Origin: Mobula hypostoma
Lineage: Eukaryota
DNA: 64,000 nt
Assembly (NCBI RefSeq): GCF_963921235.1
Contig: NC_086108.1
Location: forward strand, 6,510,001 to 6,574,000
Direction of reading: 5' to 3'
In this document: piece after piece, positions 11,795 to 25,106 of the stretch
How the letters are laid out: every line of letters starts with the position of its first letter
Position numbering within the stretch: position 1 is the stretch's first letter
Made by a program: the position numbers and the translations under genes
Notes under the pieces: model-generated
What the model was told of the DNA's origin: nothing
Seen by the model: only the letters and a program-made list of their open reading frames with translations
Database searches by the model: none

Positions 11795-12812
11795 CGCTGG
11801 GACAGGTTACTGAGTGCAGCCAGGCTTTATCTGGAAGGTGCAGCGGACGCAGTCAGTTTTACAGAGAGGTCTTGATACACAAGAGAGGGGGTGGTGGGTG
11901 GTGAGGTAGACTACAGTTAGTGTTGCTGCCTCACACTTCTGGGGTTCCCATGTTCGATTCTGGCTTTGGGTACTGTCAATGTGGATTTGCGTTTTCCCCC
12001 GTCTCTGCTGTGTGCTCCAGTTTCATCCCACATCACCAAGGGATCCTCTGGTTGGTGAACTGGCCCTCAGTGTGTATAAGTGGTTAAAAAGATTCAAGAA
12101 GTTGGGAGGAATGTGAGAAGGTATAAACCATCGAGCTGCAGAGAACAAAGCAGTGGGGAGTGGGGCAGTATGGACCCTATGGGCAGAATGGCCTCCTTTA
12201 TGATGTATCAGCAATAAGATGAAAACTTGGAGTCACAGAGGGAGAGAGGAACTAATTGGCAAGCTACTTATTCCCAAAGAGCCCACGAGCTGATGGTTGT
12301 GCGGCCTTCTGTGGAGACTGCCTCGACACCCGAGGTGGCTCAGTCTTTTCGGCTGGGTGGGCCCTGGTTCACCACCACAGGTACCTACCAGTAGGTTCAG
12401 AGCCTCCGAAGAAGGCAGTGGGCTTCATTGCTGTAAACTACACCAAAGTTTAAGTTTTAGAGTCCCACTCTGCAATCCTCTCCCCCACCCCCCCACAACA
12501 GTGAAGCAGATCAGAGCCTTTAGGGCAATCCTCCCAACTCCCCCACTTTGAATCTTTTTAACCATTCATCCACATCGAGGGCCAGTTATCCACCCAACTT
12601 ATCTTTGGCAATGTGGGAAGAAACTGGAGCACCAGGGAGAATGTGCAATGGAAGGAAGTGAGGACAGAGGTCGTGGACCTCGGGGATCATGTCATACTCT
12701 GTACACGTACCGCTGGGAACTGAACGCTGATCAAAAGAATCATCGATCAGTGGATGTTTCTGTGTCTTCATGGTGAACGGACCACAGTTGATTGAATGCT
12801 TCTCTCCCTTAG

Positions 12813-12852
12813 ACCAGTAGAGAGGAACGTGTCGCCAGCTGAGACTCCACAG
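12813..12852 (+). CDS. Calpain exon D (linker; alternative in-frame end at 12864)
   Basis: tctctcccttAG|A CCA GTA..; (K)PVERNVSPAETPQ then GCAAGT (GC donor), or +ASAE then GTAAAT; phases fit flanking exons; little sequence conservation to confirm. Confidence 0.7.
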
Positions 12853-13174
12853 GCAAGTGCAGAGGTAAATGATTTTATGCACGCGTATGTGTGCGCACGC
12901 GTGCCTACATGCATGTGTGTGTGTGTGTGTGTATTTGTGTGCACATGCAAGTTTGTATGTATGCATGTGTGTGAGCACTTCTGTGTCTTTGTGTGTGTGG
13001 ATGTGAACACGCTGGGTTGAGCTGTTCTCTGATCTCAGCAATCGATTTGCAAATGTTTCATCACCATACGGGGAGATGTCGCCAGTGCGCTGTTCTCTTG
13101 TGAGATTGGATTGTGAACTCAACCTAACCGTGCACCACATGAGCGACACATTTTCCGAGTTATTTCCATGTGAA

Positions 13175-13206
<32 letters not shown>

Positions 13207-13439
13207 TAAGTGTATGACTGTGCCTTACTTTTAAATTCGTTCGGATGTGAGCTAGTGAACTGAGGCCAGATGTTTGGGACTGAGAGATGTGGATCAACAG
13301 AGGCAGGTAAATTCTCTATCGCTGAAATTATAGGTCACTGAGGGAGTTGCTAGTGAACTAAGTATTCAGAGCCACATCTGGCTCCCCTTTAAAAAGCTGC
13401 CATGGCACAGAAACAAGCCCCTTGGCCTGTCAACCCTCA

Positions 13440-14250
13440 ACACCTGTATGGAAGCACCAATGTCTTTGAATGGAAAATCCTACAAAAGGTACTGGAACCG
13501 GCCCAGTCCATCACTGGTGAAGCCCTTTCAACTATTGAGCATGTCTATGTGAAAAGCTGTCGTAGGAAAGCAGCATCCATCATCCGGGATCCTCACCACC
13601 CAGTCGTGCTCTCTTCTCGCTGCTGCCATCAGCTGGAAGGTACAAGAGCCTCAGGACTCACACCACCAGGTTCAGGAACAGTTACTACCCCTCAACCATC
13701 AGGCTCTTGAATAAAAGGGGATAACTACACTCACTTGCCCCATCATTGAGATGCTCCCACAACCAATGATCTCACTTTAAGGATTCTTTATCTCGTTATC
13801 TCATGTTCTCATTATTTATTGCTGTTTATTTATATTTGCATTTGCACAGTTTTTTTTTGCACTCTGGTTGATCTTTTATTGATCCTGTTATAGTTACTAT
13901 TCCATAGATTTATGAGTATACCTGCAAGAAAATGAATCTTGGGGTTTACACATATGTACCTTGGGTCCCTAAGGCGGTTTGATGTTGTTTACAACTTGAC
14001 TCTGGCAACCTCTGCGATGACACTAGTGCTAGGCTATATTGGTGCTTGCCCTTCTCTTGGACTACATCAGTGATGTGGAGAGGGGGAACCTGCTGCAGGG
14101 GCAACAGCCGGTTCTTCAAATCTTCCCACCCAGGCTTGCACCCTGGAGAGGACACAGTCCACCAGAGGCACAAACCCGTGAGCCCCTGGGCTCGATGGCT
14201 GCCTACTACTATATGTACTTTGATAATAAAATTTACTTAGAACTCTGAAC
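13440..14250 (+). mobile_element. Rex-Babar 3' end interrupted by a short insertion
   Basis: RRKAASIIRDPHHP; 3' UTR resumes after 14210. Confidence 0.75.
13960..14210 (+). mobile_element. Short non-autonomous retroposon, probably Vingi-derived
   Basis: TSD ATATGTAC at 13952-59 and 14211-18; (CTA)n tail; homologous to the minus-strand element at 52665-53010; resembles recalled Vingi 5' region. Confidence 0.6.
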
Positions 14251-14559
14251 ACTGGCCCCAGGTTGGGCTGTTGTTAAGGCCAGTCATGATGGGTATAATA
14301 TCCATGAATCAGGAGCAGAAATAGGTTTAATATCACCAGCATACGTCGTGAAACTTGTCTTTGCAGCAGCAGTACAATGCAATACATAATAATAGAAAAT
14401 GCGAATTACTGTAAGTGAGTGTGTGTCTACTTTTATATATATATATATATAAATCTATTTTATATGATGGTAACAATGAGAAGAGGGCACGTCCTGGGAG
14501 ATGGGGGTCCTTAATGATGGATGCCACCTTTTTGAGGCATTGTTCCTTGAGAAAGAGGG

Positions 14560-16315
14560 CTCTACTGGTAAAGAATGGCATCAGATCAGTGGAAAGACGT
14601 GACATAGGATCGGAAGAAGTTGAATCCTTGTGGGTTGAGTTAAAAAAACTGCAAGGGTAAAAGGACCCTGATGACAGTTATATACAGGCCTCCCTACAGT
14701 AGGTGGGATGTGGAGGACAGATTACAACAAGAAATAGAAAATGCATGTCAAAAGAGCAATGTCTTGATATAGTCATGGGAGATTTTAACATACAGGTCGA
14801 TTGGGTTAAATCGGGTTGGTAATGAATCTCAAGAGAGTGAGTTTGTTGAATGTCTACTAGATGGCTTTTTAGAGCAGTTTGTCATTGACTCTGTTAGGGG
14901 ATCAGCTCTACTGGATTGGGTACTCTGTAATGAACCAGAGGCGATTAGGGAGCTTAAGGTAAGAGAGTCCTTGGGAGCCAGTGATCACAATATGATTGAG
15001 TTCACTTGAAATTTGATAGGGATAAGTAAAGTTTGATGTAGCAGCATTTCCGTGGTACAGAAGTTACAGAGGAGTTGGCCAAAGTAACTTGGAAGGAGAT
15101 GCTAGCAGGGATGACAGCAGAGCAACAATGGTGTGAGTTTCAGGGAAAAATGAGGAACGTGCAGGAGAGATGTATTCCAAAAACAAAGAAATCCTCAAAC
15201 AGCAAAATAGTACAATGGTGGCAGACAAAGGAAGTCAAAACTAATGTAAAAACAAAAGACAGGGCATACAACAAAGCAAAAATTAAGCAGTGAGTGGGAA
15301 TAAAAGGATCCTTATCTGATTGGCTGCCAGTGACAAGGGTTGGTGTTGGGACCACTTCTTTTTATGCTGTATATCAGTGATTTAGATGATGGAATAGATC
15401 ATTGCCATGTTTGAGGATGATACGAAGATTAGTGGAGGGGCATGGCAGGTAATGTTGAGGAAACAGGTAGGCTGAAGAAGGACTTAGACAGATTAAGAGA
15501 ATGGGCAAGAAAGTGGCAAATGGAAATACAATTTGGAAAATGCATAGTTATGCACTTTGGTAGTAGAAATAAATGTGTAGACTATTTTCTAAACAGGGAG
15601 AAAATCCAAAAATCTAAGATGCAAAGAGACTTGGAAGTACTTGTGCAGAACAGCCTAAAGGTTAACTTGCAGGTTGAGTCGGTGGTGAGGAAGGCAAATG
15701 CAATATTAAGCATTCATTTCAAGAGGTGTTGAATACAAGAGCAGGGATGTGAGGCTGAGGCTTTATAAGGAACTGGCGAGGCCCCACCTTGAGTATTGTG
15801 AACAGTTTTGGGCTCCTCATCTAAGAAAAGATGTGCTAGCATTAGGGAGTCCAGAGACGGTTTACAAGGATGATTCCAGGAATGAAAGGGTTATCATACG
15901 AGGAACGTTTGATGGCTCTGGGTCTGTACTCACTGGAATTCAGAAAGATGGGGTGGGGGAATCTCATTAAGTCCTTTCGAACGTTAAAAGGCCTAGACAA
16001 AGTAGACGTGAAAAGGATGTTTCCCTTGGCTGGGGAGTCTAGGACAAGAGGGCACAGCCTCTGGATAGAGGGGCGTCCATTTAAAACAGAGATGCAGAGA
16101 AGTTTCTTCAGTCAGAGGGTGGTGTACTTGAGGAATTTGTTACCACAGGAGGCTGAGGAGGCCAGGTAGTTAGGTGTATTTAAGGCAGAGGTTGATAGAT
16201 TCTTGATTGGACTGGGGAATGGGGTTGAGGGGAAAAAGGCTCAGACATGATTGAATGGCAGAGTAGACTCAATGGGTCAAATGGCCCAATTCTGCTCCTG
16301 TGTTTTATGGTCTAA
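14560..16315 (+). mobile_element. CR1 LINE, decayed and internally deleted
   Basis: ESLWVEL, GDFN, SDHN endonuclease motifs and RPHLEYC, TRGHSL C-terminal motifs, with many stops. Confidence 0.9.
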
Positions 16316-16890
16316 GATATCCTGGATACTATGGAGAGTAGTGCCCATGATGGAGCTGACTAAGTTCACAATTCTATGCAGCTTACTTCAATCTCGTGAA
16401 CTCTACCCCACTATTTTACTCTCTGTTTACACTAATTTATATTTTTAATTTTTTCTTTTTGTAACTCGTGGAAATGTTTAGGTATTGCGCTGCCCTGCTG
16501 CCACAATACAACAGATTTCACAACGTATGTCATCGATAATAAACCTGATTCTGATACAAACAGGAGCACCTCAGATTCCCCTTGAGCCTGCCTCCTCATT
16601 TATGAATATAAAGCTCAAAGCAAGTTTATTATCAATGTACATCTATGTCACCATATACAACCCTGAGATCATTTTCCTGTGGGTATACTCAACAATTCCC
16701 CAATAGAATAATAACCTTAATGGAATCAATGGAAGACCGCACCAACTTCGGCGTTCAACCGAAACACAAAAGACAACAAACCCTGCAGATGAAAAAAGAA
16801 AGAAATAATAATAAATAAATATTGAGAGTGTGAGATGAAGTGTTCTTGAAAATGGGTCCATATATTTTGGGAACGTTTCAGTGAGGAGGC

Positions 16891-19640
16891 GAGTGAAGTT
16901 GTCCCTTTGGTTCAAGAGCTTGGTGGCTGAGGGGTAATAACTGTTCCTGAACCTGGTGGTGTGGGACCTGAGGCTCATTGTGGTGAGTGAAGTTATCCAC
17001 ACTGGTTCAGGAGCCTGATGGTCGAGGGGTAATAACTGTTCCTGAACCTGGTGGTGTGGGACCTGAGGCTCATTGTGGTGAGTGAAGTTATCCACACTGG
17101 TTCAGGAGCCTGATGGTTGTGGGGTAATAACTGTTCCTGAACCTGGTGGTGTGGGACCTGAGGCTCATTGTGGTGAGTGAAGTTATCCACACTGGTTCAG
17201 GAGCCTGATGGTTGTGGGGTAATAACTGTTCCTGAACCTGGTGGTGTGGGACCTGAGGCTCATTGTGGTGAGTGAAGTTATCCACACTGGTTCAGGAGCC
17301 TGATGGTTGTGGGGTAATAACTGTTCCTGAACCTGGTGGTGTGGGACCTGAGGCTCATTGTGGTGAGTGAAGTTATCCACACTGGTTCAGGAGCCTGATG
17401 GTTGTGGGGTAATAACTGTTCCTGAACCTGGTGGTGTGGGACCTGAGGCTCATTGTGGTGACTGAAGTTATCCACACTGGTTCAGGAGTCTGATGGTTGT
17501 GGAGTAATAACTGTTCCTGAACCTGGTGGTGTGGGACCTGAGGCTCATTGTGGTGAGTGAAGTTATCCACACTGGTTCAGGAGCCTGATAGTTGTCGGAT
17601 AATAAGCTGTTCCTGAACCTGGTGGTGTGGGACCTGAGGCTCATTGTGGTGAGTGAAGTTATCCACACTGGTTCAGGAGCCTGATGGTTGTGGGGTAATA
17701 ACTGTTCCTGAACCTGGTGGTGTGGGACCTGAGGCTCATTGTGGTGACTGAAGTTATCCACACTGGTTCAGGAGTCTGATGGTTGTGGAGTAATAACTGT
17801 TCCTGAACCTGGTGGTGTGGGACCTGAGGCTCATTGTGGTGAGTGAAGTTATCCACACTGGTTCAGGAGCCTGATAGTTGTCGGATAATAAGCTGTTCCT
17901 GAACCTGGTGGTGTGGGACCTGAGGCTCATTGTGGTGAGTGAAGTTATCCACACTGGTTCAGGAGCCTGATGGTTGTGGGGTAATAACTGTTCCTGAACC
18001 TGGTGGTGTGGGACCTGAGGCTCATTGTGGTGAGTGAAGTTATCCACACTGGTTCAGGAGCCTGATGGTTGTGGGGTAATAACTGTTCCTGAACCTGGTG
18101 GTGTGGGACCTGAGGCTCATTGTGGTGAGTGAAGTTATCCACACTGGTTCAGGAGCCTGATGGTTGTGGGGTAATAACTGTTCCTGAACCTGGTGGTGTG
18201 GGACCTGAGGCTCATTGTGGTGAGTGAAGTTATCCACACTGGTTCAGGAGCCTGATGGTTGTGGGGTAATAACTGTTCCTGAACCTGGTGGTGTGGGACC
18301 TGAGGCTCATTGTGGTGAGTGAAGTTATCCACACTGGTTCAGGAGCCTGATGGTTGTCGGATAATAAGCTGTTCCTGAACCTGGTGGTGTGGGACCTGAG
18401 GCTCATTGTGGTGAGTGAAGTTATCCACACTGGTTCAGGAGCCTGATGGTTGTGGGGTAATAACTGTTCCTGAACCTGGTGGTGTGGGACCTGAGGCTCA
18501 TTGTGGTGAGTGAAGTTATCCACACTGGTTCAGGAGCCTGATGGTTGTGGGGTAATAACTGTTCCTGAACCTGGTGGTGTGGGACCTGAGGCTCATTGTG
18601 GTGAGTGAAGTTATCCACACTGGTTCAGGAGCCTGATGGTTGTGGGGTAATAACTGTTACTGAACCTGGTGGTGTGGGACCTGAGGCTCATTGTGGTGAG
18701 TGAAGTTATCCACACTGGTTCAGGAGCCTGATGGTTGTCGGATAATAAGCTGTTCCTGAACCTGGTGGTGTGGGACCTGAGGCTCATTGTGGTGAGTGAA
18801 GTTATCCACACTGGTTCAGGAGCCTGATGGTTGTGGGGTAATAACTGTTCCTGAACCTGGTGGTGTGGGACCTGAGGCTCATTGTGGTGAGTGAAGTTAT
18901 CCACACTGGTTCAGGAGCCTGATGGTTGTGGGGTAATAACTGTTCCTGAACCTGGTGGTGTGGGACCTGAGGCTCATTGTGGTGAGTGAAGTTATCCACA
19001 CTGGTTCAGGAGCCTGATGGTTGTCGGATAATAAGCTGTTCCTGAACCTGGTGGTGTGGGACCTGAGGCTCATTGTGGTGAGTGAAGTTATCCACACTGG
19101 TTCAGGAGCCTGATGGTTGTGGGGTAATAACTGTTCCTGAACCTGGTGGTGTGGGACCTGAGGCTCATTGTGGTGAGTGAAGTTATCCACACTGGTTCAG
19201 GAGCCTGATGGTTGTGGGGTAATAACTGTTCCTGAACCTGGTGGTGTGGGACCTGAGGCTCATTGTGGTGAGTGAAGTTATCCACACTGGTTCAGGAGCC
19301 TGATGGTTGTGGGGTAATAACTGTTCCTGAACCTGGTGGTGTGGGACCTGAGGCTCATTGTGGTGAGTGAAGTTATCCACACTGGTTCAGGAGCCTGATG
19401 GTTGTCGGATAATAAGCTGTTCCTGAACCTGGTGGTGTGGGACCTGAGGCTCATTGTGGTGAGTGAAGTTATCCACACTGGTTCAGGAGCCTGATGGTTG
19501 TGGGGTAATAACTGTTCCTGAACCTGGTGGTGTGGGACCTGAGGCTCATTGTGATGAGTGAAGTTACCCACACTGGTTCAGGAGCCTGATGGTTGTGGGG
19601 TAATAACTGTTCCTGAACCTGGTGGCGTGAGTCCTGAGGC
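16891..19640. repeat. 95/96-bp tandem array, about 29 copies, derived from Rex-Babar 3' end
   Basis: Unit minus strand encodes SLRSHTTRFRNSYYPTTIRLLNQ; LINE sequence continues on both flanks (about 16610-16890 and 19640-19670). Confidence 0.97.
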
Positions 19641-20387
19641 TCCTGTACCGCTTTCCTGATGGCAGCATGGCTAATCCAAGACATGAGAAAGTCTGCAGAT
19701 CCTGAAAATCCAAAGCGACATACACAAGATGCTGGAGGAACTCAATGGGTTAGGCTGTGTCTATGAAAATGAATAGATAGCTGATGTTTCAGGTCAGGAC
19801 CCTTCTTCAGGACCTGAAGTAGTTCCTGAAGTAGCGACTTGTATGAACCTACTCCATGATCAATCTAACCCTTCCCTCGTGAATCAAACATTTGCTGATC
19901 TGTTTATTTTTCTATTTGGGATCAGAATTATAAATCTTAGCTGACCTTGGAGGGGAGTTGGGTGATCCTGTACACCTGTGCCTGTGGTTCCGGGAAGGTG
20001 ACGGGTGCCAGGTTTGAGAGCTGCTCACAGGAGGGTGCCCGCTTGCCTTGATCACCAGCAGACAGGCAGTGTGTGTCTTTGCCCATTTGTGTGAAGAGCA
20101 ACCATAGAGTCATAGAGCACTACAGCATGGATACACACCCTTCGGCCCATCTACTCCATGCTGGATATTTTATTCTGCTCCATCCCATCCACCTGCACCC
20201 GGGCCATAGCTCTCCGTACACCTTCCGTCCATGTACTTATCCAAACCTCTCTGCTGAAGAAGCTGGGCTTACTGCAGCCTGCTTCAGCCACCCAGGGAAG
20301 AAGGCGTCAGAGGCAGTGTGCGGAGATGGTGCACGATCCAGCAAGTGGTGGAAGTGATAGGCTTGGATGTTTTTATTATGATGGTTG

Positions 20388-21120
20388 TCATCATCATAGC
20401 TTGTCACACCAGACAGCCAGCCACTTTAGTGTTGTTTGGTTGATGTTGAGCAGGTCAGTGTCAGCTAAATCAGGTGAGAGTGGGCAGTTGCACAGAACGT
20501 GTTCAATGTTCTGCACCCTTTCGCCACACGCACAGGATTCGCTGGTCTTTAAACCCCACTTCACCATATTGTCTCCTGTCCTACAAACTCCCGCTCTCGC
20601 TCTGTTGAGAGTACACCACTTCCGTCTGTCAAGCAGTGCCCCGTCTGGTAACATTCCTGTGGGGTCTTGCACTGTATTGTCTGGTGGGGTTCTGGCTTCT
20701 GTTTGTTGCCAGAAGTCAATCTTGTATGTTTGGGGGGGATGTTCCGTGCGGTAGTTCCTCCACTGTAGCAAAGCTTTTCCTCGATTTTAGGCGGTTGGAA
20801 GCTGACACATGATGATGTAGTGGGTGCCGTGGATCCAAGTTCTGTTTACCTCTTTCAATTTTTGTTGTATTGTGTCTTCGGATCTCTGGGGAAGCAATGT
20901 CTGCAAGTCTGTAAATGATGTTAGTGGGTGTGGGGCGCAGTGTGCCCGTGATTATTCGGCAGGCTTCGTTAAGCAACGGGTCTATTTTCTTCGCATGGGC
21001 TGATCTGCCCCACACAGGTGCACAGTATTTTGCAGGTGCATAGCAGAGTGCGAGGGCAGTTGATCTAAGTGTGTGAGCATTAGCTCCCCATTTCGTGCCT
21101 GCTAATTTTTTCATTATGAT
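20388..21120 (-). mobile_element. Vingi/Ingi-clade LINE 3' part
   Basis: KLAGTKWGA..LRSTALALCYAPAKYCAPVW..RIITGTL; WCTLNRAR..C.CGE..Q.IEHVL.NC zinc finger; (TGA)n tail. Confidence 0.82.
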
Positions 21121-22084
21121 CATTTTTAATTATAAGATCCTGTTGGACATCGGTACTGTGGAACACTGTGAGTCCGGTTCACTGGTTCATTGGTGAGACC
21201 AACAGCAGGGGAGCTGCATGGCTTCGAAGGTAGCGCGGACCAGCTCCTCATGCCTCAGGGCCGCCCGTTGCAGGCTTCAGGGAAGGAGAGTGAGAGCTGG
21301 CTTTGTGCTGTCGGACTCCGTACTGGGTTGGGGACTAACCTGTCCTGTCGGTGCTGCTCTCCTGTGTTCACTCGGTGGAAGACAAGTTGGAACTGTAGCT
21401 GCCCGTGAGCGATATGAGGAACTGCTGCAGGCTTGTTCCTGCGGAAACATGGCTCCAGGGTAGCATCCTGGCACCATCAGGCTACAGGATAAAGCGTGCA
21501 GGGATGTGGACTATATTAACATTATTATTATTTTGTAACTGTGTCTTTCTGCTGTCATGATGATATGTGCGTGTTTCATACCTTGGCCCCGGAGGAATCC
21601 TGTTTCTTTGGACTTTATTCGGGGGTATGGTTGACAATTAAACTTGAATTTGAACTAATTGTTGTAATTGATCCCACATCCATCACTTGTGCTGGCAGCT
21701 CTTTCCACACTCCCATCACCCTCTGAGTGAAGAGGTTTCTCCTCAAGTACCCTTCGATACTTCACCTTTCACTCCTAACCAATGACTTCAGTGGGAAAAG
21801 CCTGAGGTCATGGGCAAAGCAGTTACCAGACAAAGTCGTCATGCACCCAGACAGGATACCTTCGCTATAGCAAATTGATCTAAAGAGGAGTTTGGTGAAC
21901 CTGTACACCTGTACCTGTGGTGAGAGGTCCCAGGTCTAAGAGCAGCACCGCAGGTCGTGGTTTGACGGCAGGACACGTCAATGAAAGGTGCACATGTGAG
22001 CGCGATCCTTACCCTGATCACCAGCACACAGGCTGTGTGTGGCTTTGTTCACCTCATGTGAAGAGCAATGGTCTTTGCCTAAGA

Positions 22085-25000
22085 GTATTAACTATGAACT
22101 TAAGTGTTATTCTTAAGGTGTTATATTTAAATGCATGCAGCATAAGGAATAAGGTGGATGATCTTGTCATACAGCTACAGATTGGCAGGTATGATATTGT
22201 GGCCATCACTGAGACGTGGCTAAAGGATGCATGTCTCTGGGAGCTGAACGTCCAAGGATACACGGTGTATCGGAAGGATAGGAAGGTAGACAGAGGGGGA
22301 GGCGTGGCTTTGTTGGTAAGAAATGATATTAAATCATTAGAAAGAGGTGATATAGGATCAGAAGGTGCAGAATCTTTATGGGTTGAGCTAAGAAATTGCA
22401 GGGGTAAAAGGACCCTGATGGCAGTTATTTATAGGCCTCCAAACAGCTGCAGGGATGTAGACTACAAATTACAACTGGAAATAGAAAAGGCTTGTCAGAA
22501 GGGCAGTGTTATGATAATTGTGGGGGATTTTAACATGCGAGTGGATTGGGAAAATCAGGTCGGCACTGGATCTCAAGAGAGAGAATTTGTAGAATGTCTG
22601 CGAGATGGCTTTTTAGAACAGCTTGTTGTTGAGCCCACTAGGGGATCGGCTGTACTGGATTGGGTATTGTGTAATGAACTAGAGATGATTAGAGAGATTG
22701 AGGTGAAGGAACCCTTAGGAGGCAGTGATCATAACATGATTGAGTTCACTGTGAAATTTGAAAAAGAGAAGCCGAAATCTGATGTGTCGGTATTTCAGTG
22801 GAGTAAAGGAAATTACAGTGGCATGAGAGAGGAACTGGCCAAAGTTGACTGGAAAGGGATACTAGTGGAAAGGACGGCAGAGCAGCAGTGGCTGGAGTTT
22901 ATGCGAGAAGTGAGGAAGGTGCAAGACAGGTATATTCCAAAAAAGAAGAAATTTTCAAATGGAAAAAGGATGCAACAGTGGTTGACAAGAGAAGTCAAAG
23001 CCAAAGTTAAAGCAAAGGAGAGGGCATACAAGGAAGCAAAAATTAGTGGGAAGACAGAGGATTGGGAAGTTTTTAAAAGCTTACAAAAGAAAACTAAGAA
23101 GGTCATTAAGAGGGAAAAGGTTAACTATGAAAGGAAGCTAGCAAATAATATCAAAGAGGATACTAAAAGCTTTTTCAAGTATATGAAGAGTAAAAGACAG
23201 GTGAGAGTAGATATAGGACCGATAGAAAATGATGCTGGAGAAATTGTAATGGGAGATAAGGAGATGGCAGAGGAACTGAACGAGTATTTTGCATCAGTCT
23301 TCACTGAGGAAGACATCAGCAGTATACCGGACACTCAAGGGTGTCAGGGAAGAGAAGTGTGCGCAGTCACAATTACAACAGAGAAAGTACTCAGGAAGCT
23401 GAATAGTCTAAAGGTAGGTAAATCTCCCAGACCAGATGGAATGCACCCTCGTGTTCAGAAGGAAGTAGCTGTGGAGATTGCGGAGGCATTAGCGATGATC
23501 TTTCAAAAGTCGCTAGATTCTGGCATGGTTCCGGAGGACTGGAAAATTGCAAATGTCACTCCGCTATTTAAGAAGGGGGCAAGGAAGCAAAAAGGAAATT
23601 ATAGACCTGTTAGCTTGACATCAGTGGTTGGGAAGTTGTTGGAGTTGATTGTCAAGGATGAGGTTACTGAGGACCTGGAGGCATATGACAAGATAGGCAG
23701 AACTCAGCATGGTTTCCTTAAAGGAAAATTCTGCCTGACAAACCTATTACAATTTTTTGAGGAAATTATCAGTAGGCTAGACAAGGGGGATGCAGTGAAT
23801 GTTGTATATTTGGATTTTCAGAAGGCCTTTGACAAGGTTGTTGTTGTGGTTGTTCGTCCATCGTTGACGTCGATGAGGACCTCGACACCATAATGATGGT
23901 GTCGAGACTAGCGCGTGATTTGGATTTAAGTGAGGGAGAGTTTGACAAGGTGCCATACATGAGGCTACTTAACAAGGTAAGAGCCCATGGAATTACAGGA
24001 AAGTTACATACATGGATAGACCGTTGGCTGATTGTCGGGAAACAGAGAGTGGGAATAAAGGGATCCTATTCTGGTTGGCTGCCGGTTACCAGTGGTGTTC
24101 CACAGGGGTTCGTGTTGGGGCCGCTTCTTTTTAACATTGTACATCAACGATTTGGATTATGGAATAGATGGCTTTGTGGCTAAGTTTGCTGACAATACGA
24201 AGATAGGTGGAGGGGCCGGTAGTGCTGAGGAAACGGAGAGTCTGCAGAGAGACTTGGATAGATTGGAAGAATGGGCAAAGAAGTGGCAAATGAAGTACAA
24301 TGTTGGAAAGTGTATGGTTATGCACTTTGGCAGAAGTAATAAACGGGCAGACTATTATTTAAATGGGGAAAGAATTCAAACTTCGGAGATGCAACGGGAC
24401 TTGGGAGTCCTCGTGCAGGATACCCTTAAGGTTAACCTCCAGGTTGAGTCGGTGGTGAAGAAGGTGAATGCAATGTTGGCATTCATTTCTAGAGGAATAG
24501 AGTATAGGAGCAGAGATGTGATGTTGAGGCTCTGGTGAGACCTCAGTTGGAATACTGTGGGCAGTTTTGGGCGCCTTATTTAAGAAAGGATGTGCTGATG
24601 TTGGAGAGGGTACAGAGAAGATTCACTAGAATGATTCCGGGAATGAGAGGGTTAACATATGAGGAACGTTTGTCCGCTCTTGGACTGTATTCCTTGGAGT
24701 TTAGAAGAATGAGGGGAGACCTCATAGAAACATTTTGAATGTTGAAAGGCATGGACAGACTGGATGTGGCAAAGTTGTTTCCCATGATGGGGGAGTCTCG
24801 TACGAGAGGGCATGACTTAAGGATTGAAGGACGCCCATTCAGAACAGAGATGCGAAGAAATTTTTTTAGTCAGAGGGTGGTGAATCTATGGAATTTGTTG
24901 CCACAGGCGGCAGTGGAGGCCAAGTCATTGGGTGTATTTAAGGCAGAGATTGATAGGTATCTGAGTAGCCAGGGCATCAAAGGTTATGGTGAGAAGGCGG

Positions 25001-25106
25001 GGGAGTGGGACTAAATGGGAGAATGGATCAGCTCATGATAAAATAGCGGAGCAGACTTGATGGGCCGGATGGCCAACTTCTGCTCCTTTATCTTATGGTC
25101 TTATGG
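22085..25106 (+). mobile_element. CR1 LINE ORF2, near complete (APE endonuclease + RT), inactivated
   Basis: YLNACSIRNK, ITETW, YRPP, GDFN, SDH, NYRPVSL, DFQKAFD, VPQG, FADN, TRGH; (TCTTATGG)n tail. Confidence 0.96.
23839..23940 (-). mobile_element. 102-bp RTE-type 3' tail insertion
   Basis: 11-bp TSD TTTGACAAGGT (23828-38, 23941-51); (CAA)n tail on minus strand; perfect hairpin 23881-23906. Confidence 0.8.

Noticed and set aside
10182..11904. Long ORFs of 470-560 aa as protein genes
   Set aside because: They arise from a stop-free 36-bp unit, are open on both strands, begin in SINE/PLE debris and sit within a calpain intron.
16891..19640. CRISPR-like appearance of the regular array
   Set aside because: Units are contiguous near-identical repeats with no unique spacers, derive from a LINE, and there are no cas genes; the context is eukaryotic.
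21917..23893. 658-aa ORF as a host gene or active LINE protein
   Set aside because: It is CR1 ORF2, truncated by an insertion, followed by further frameshifts and an FADN catalytic motif.
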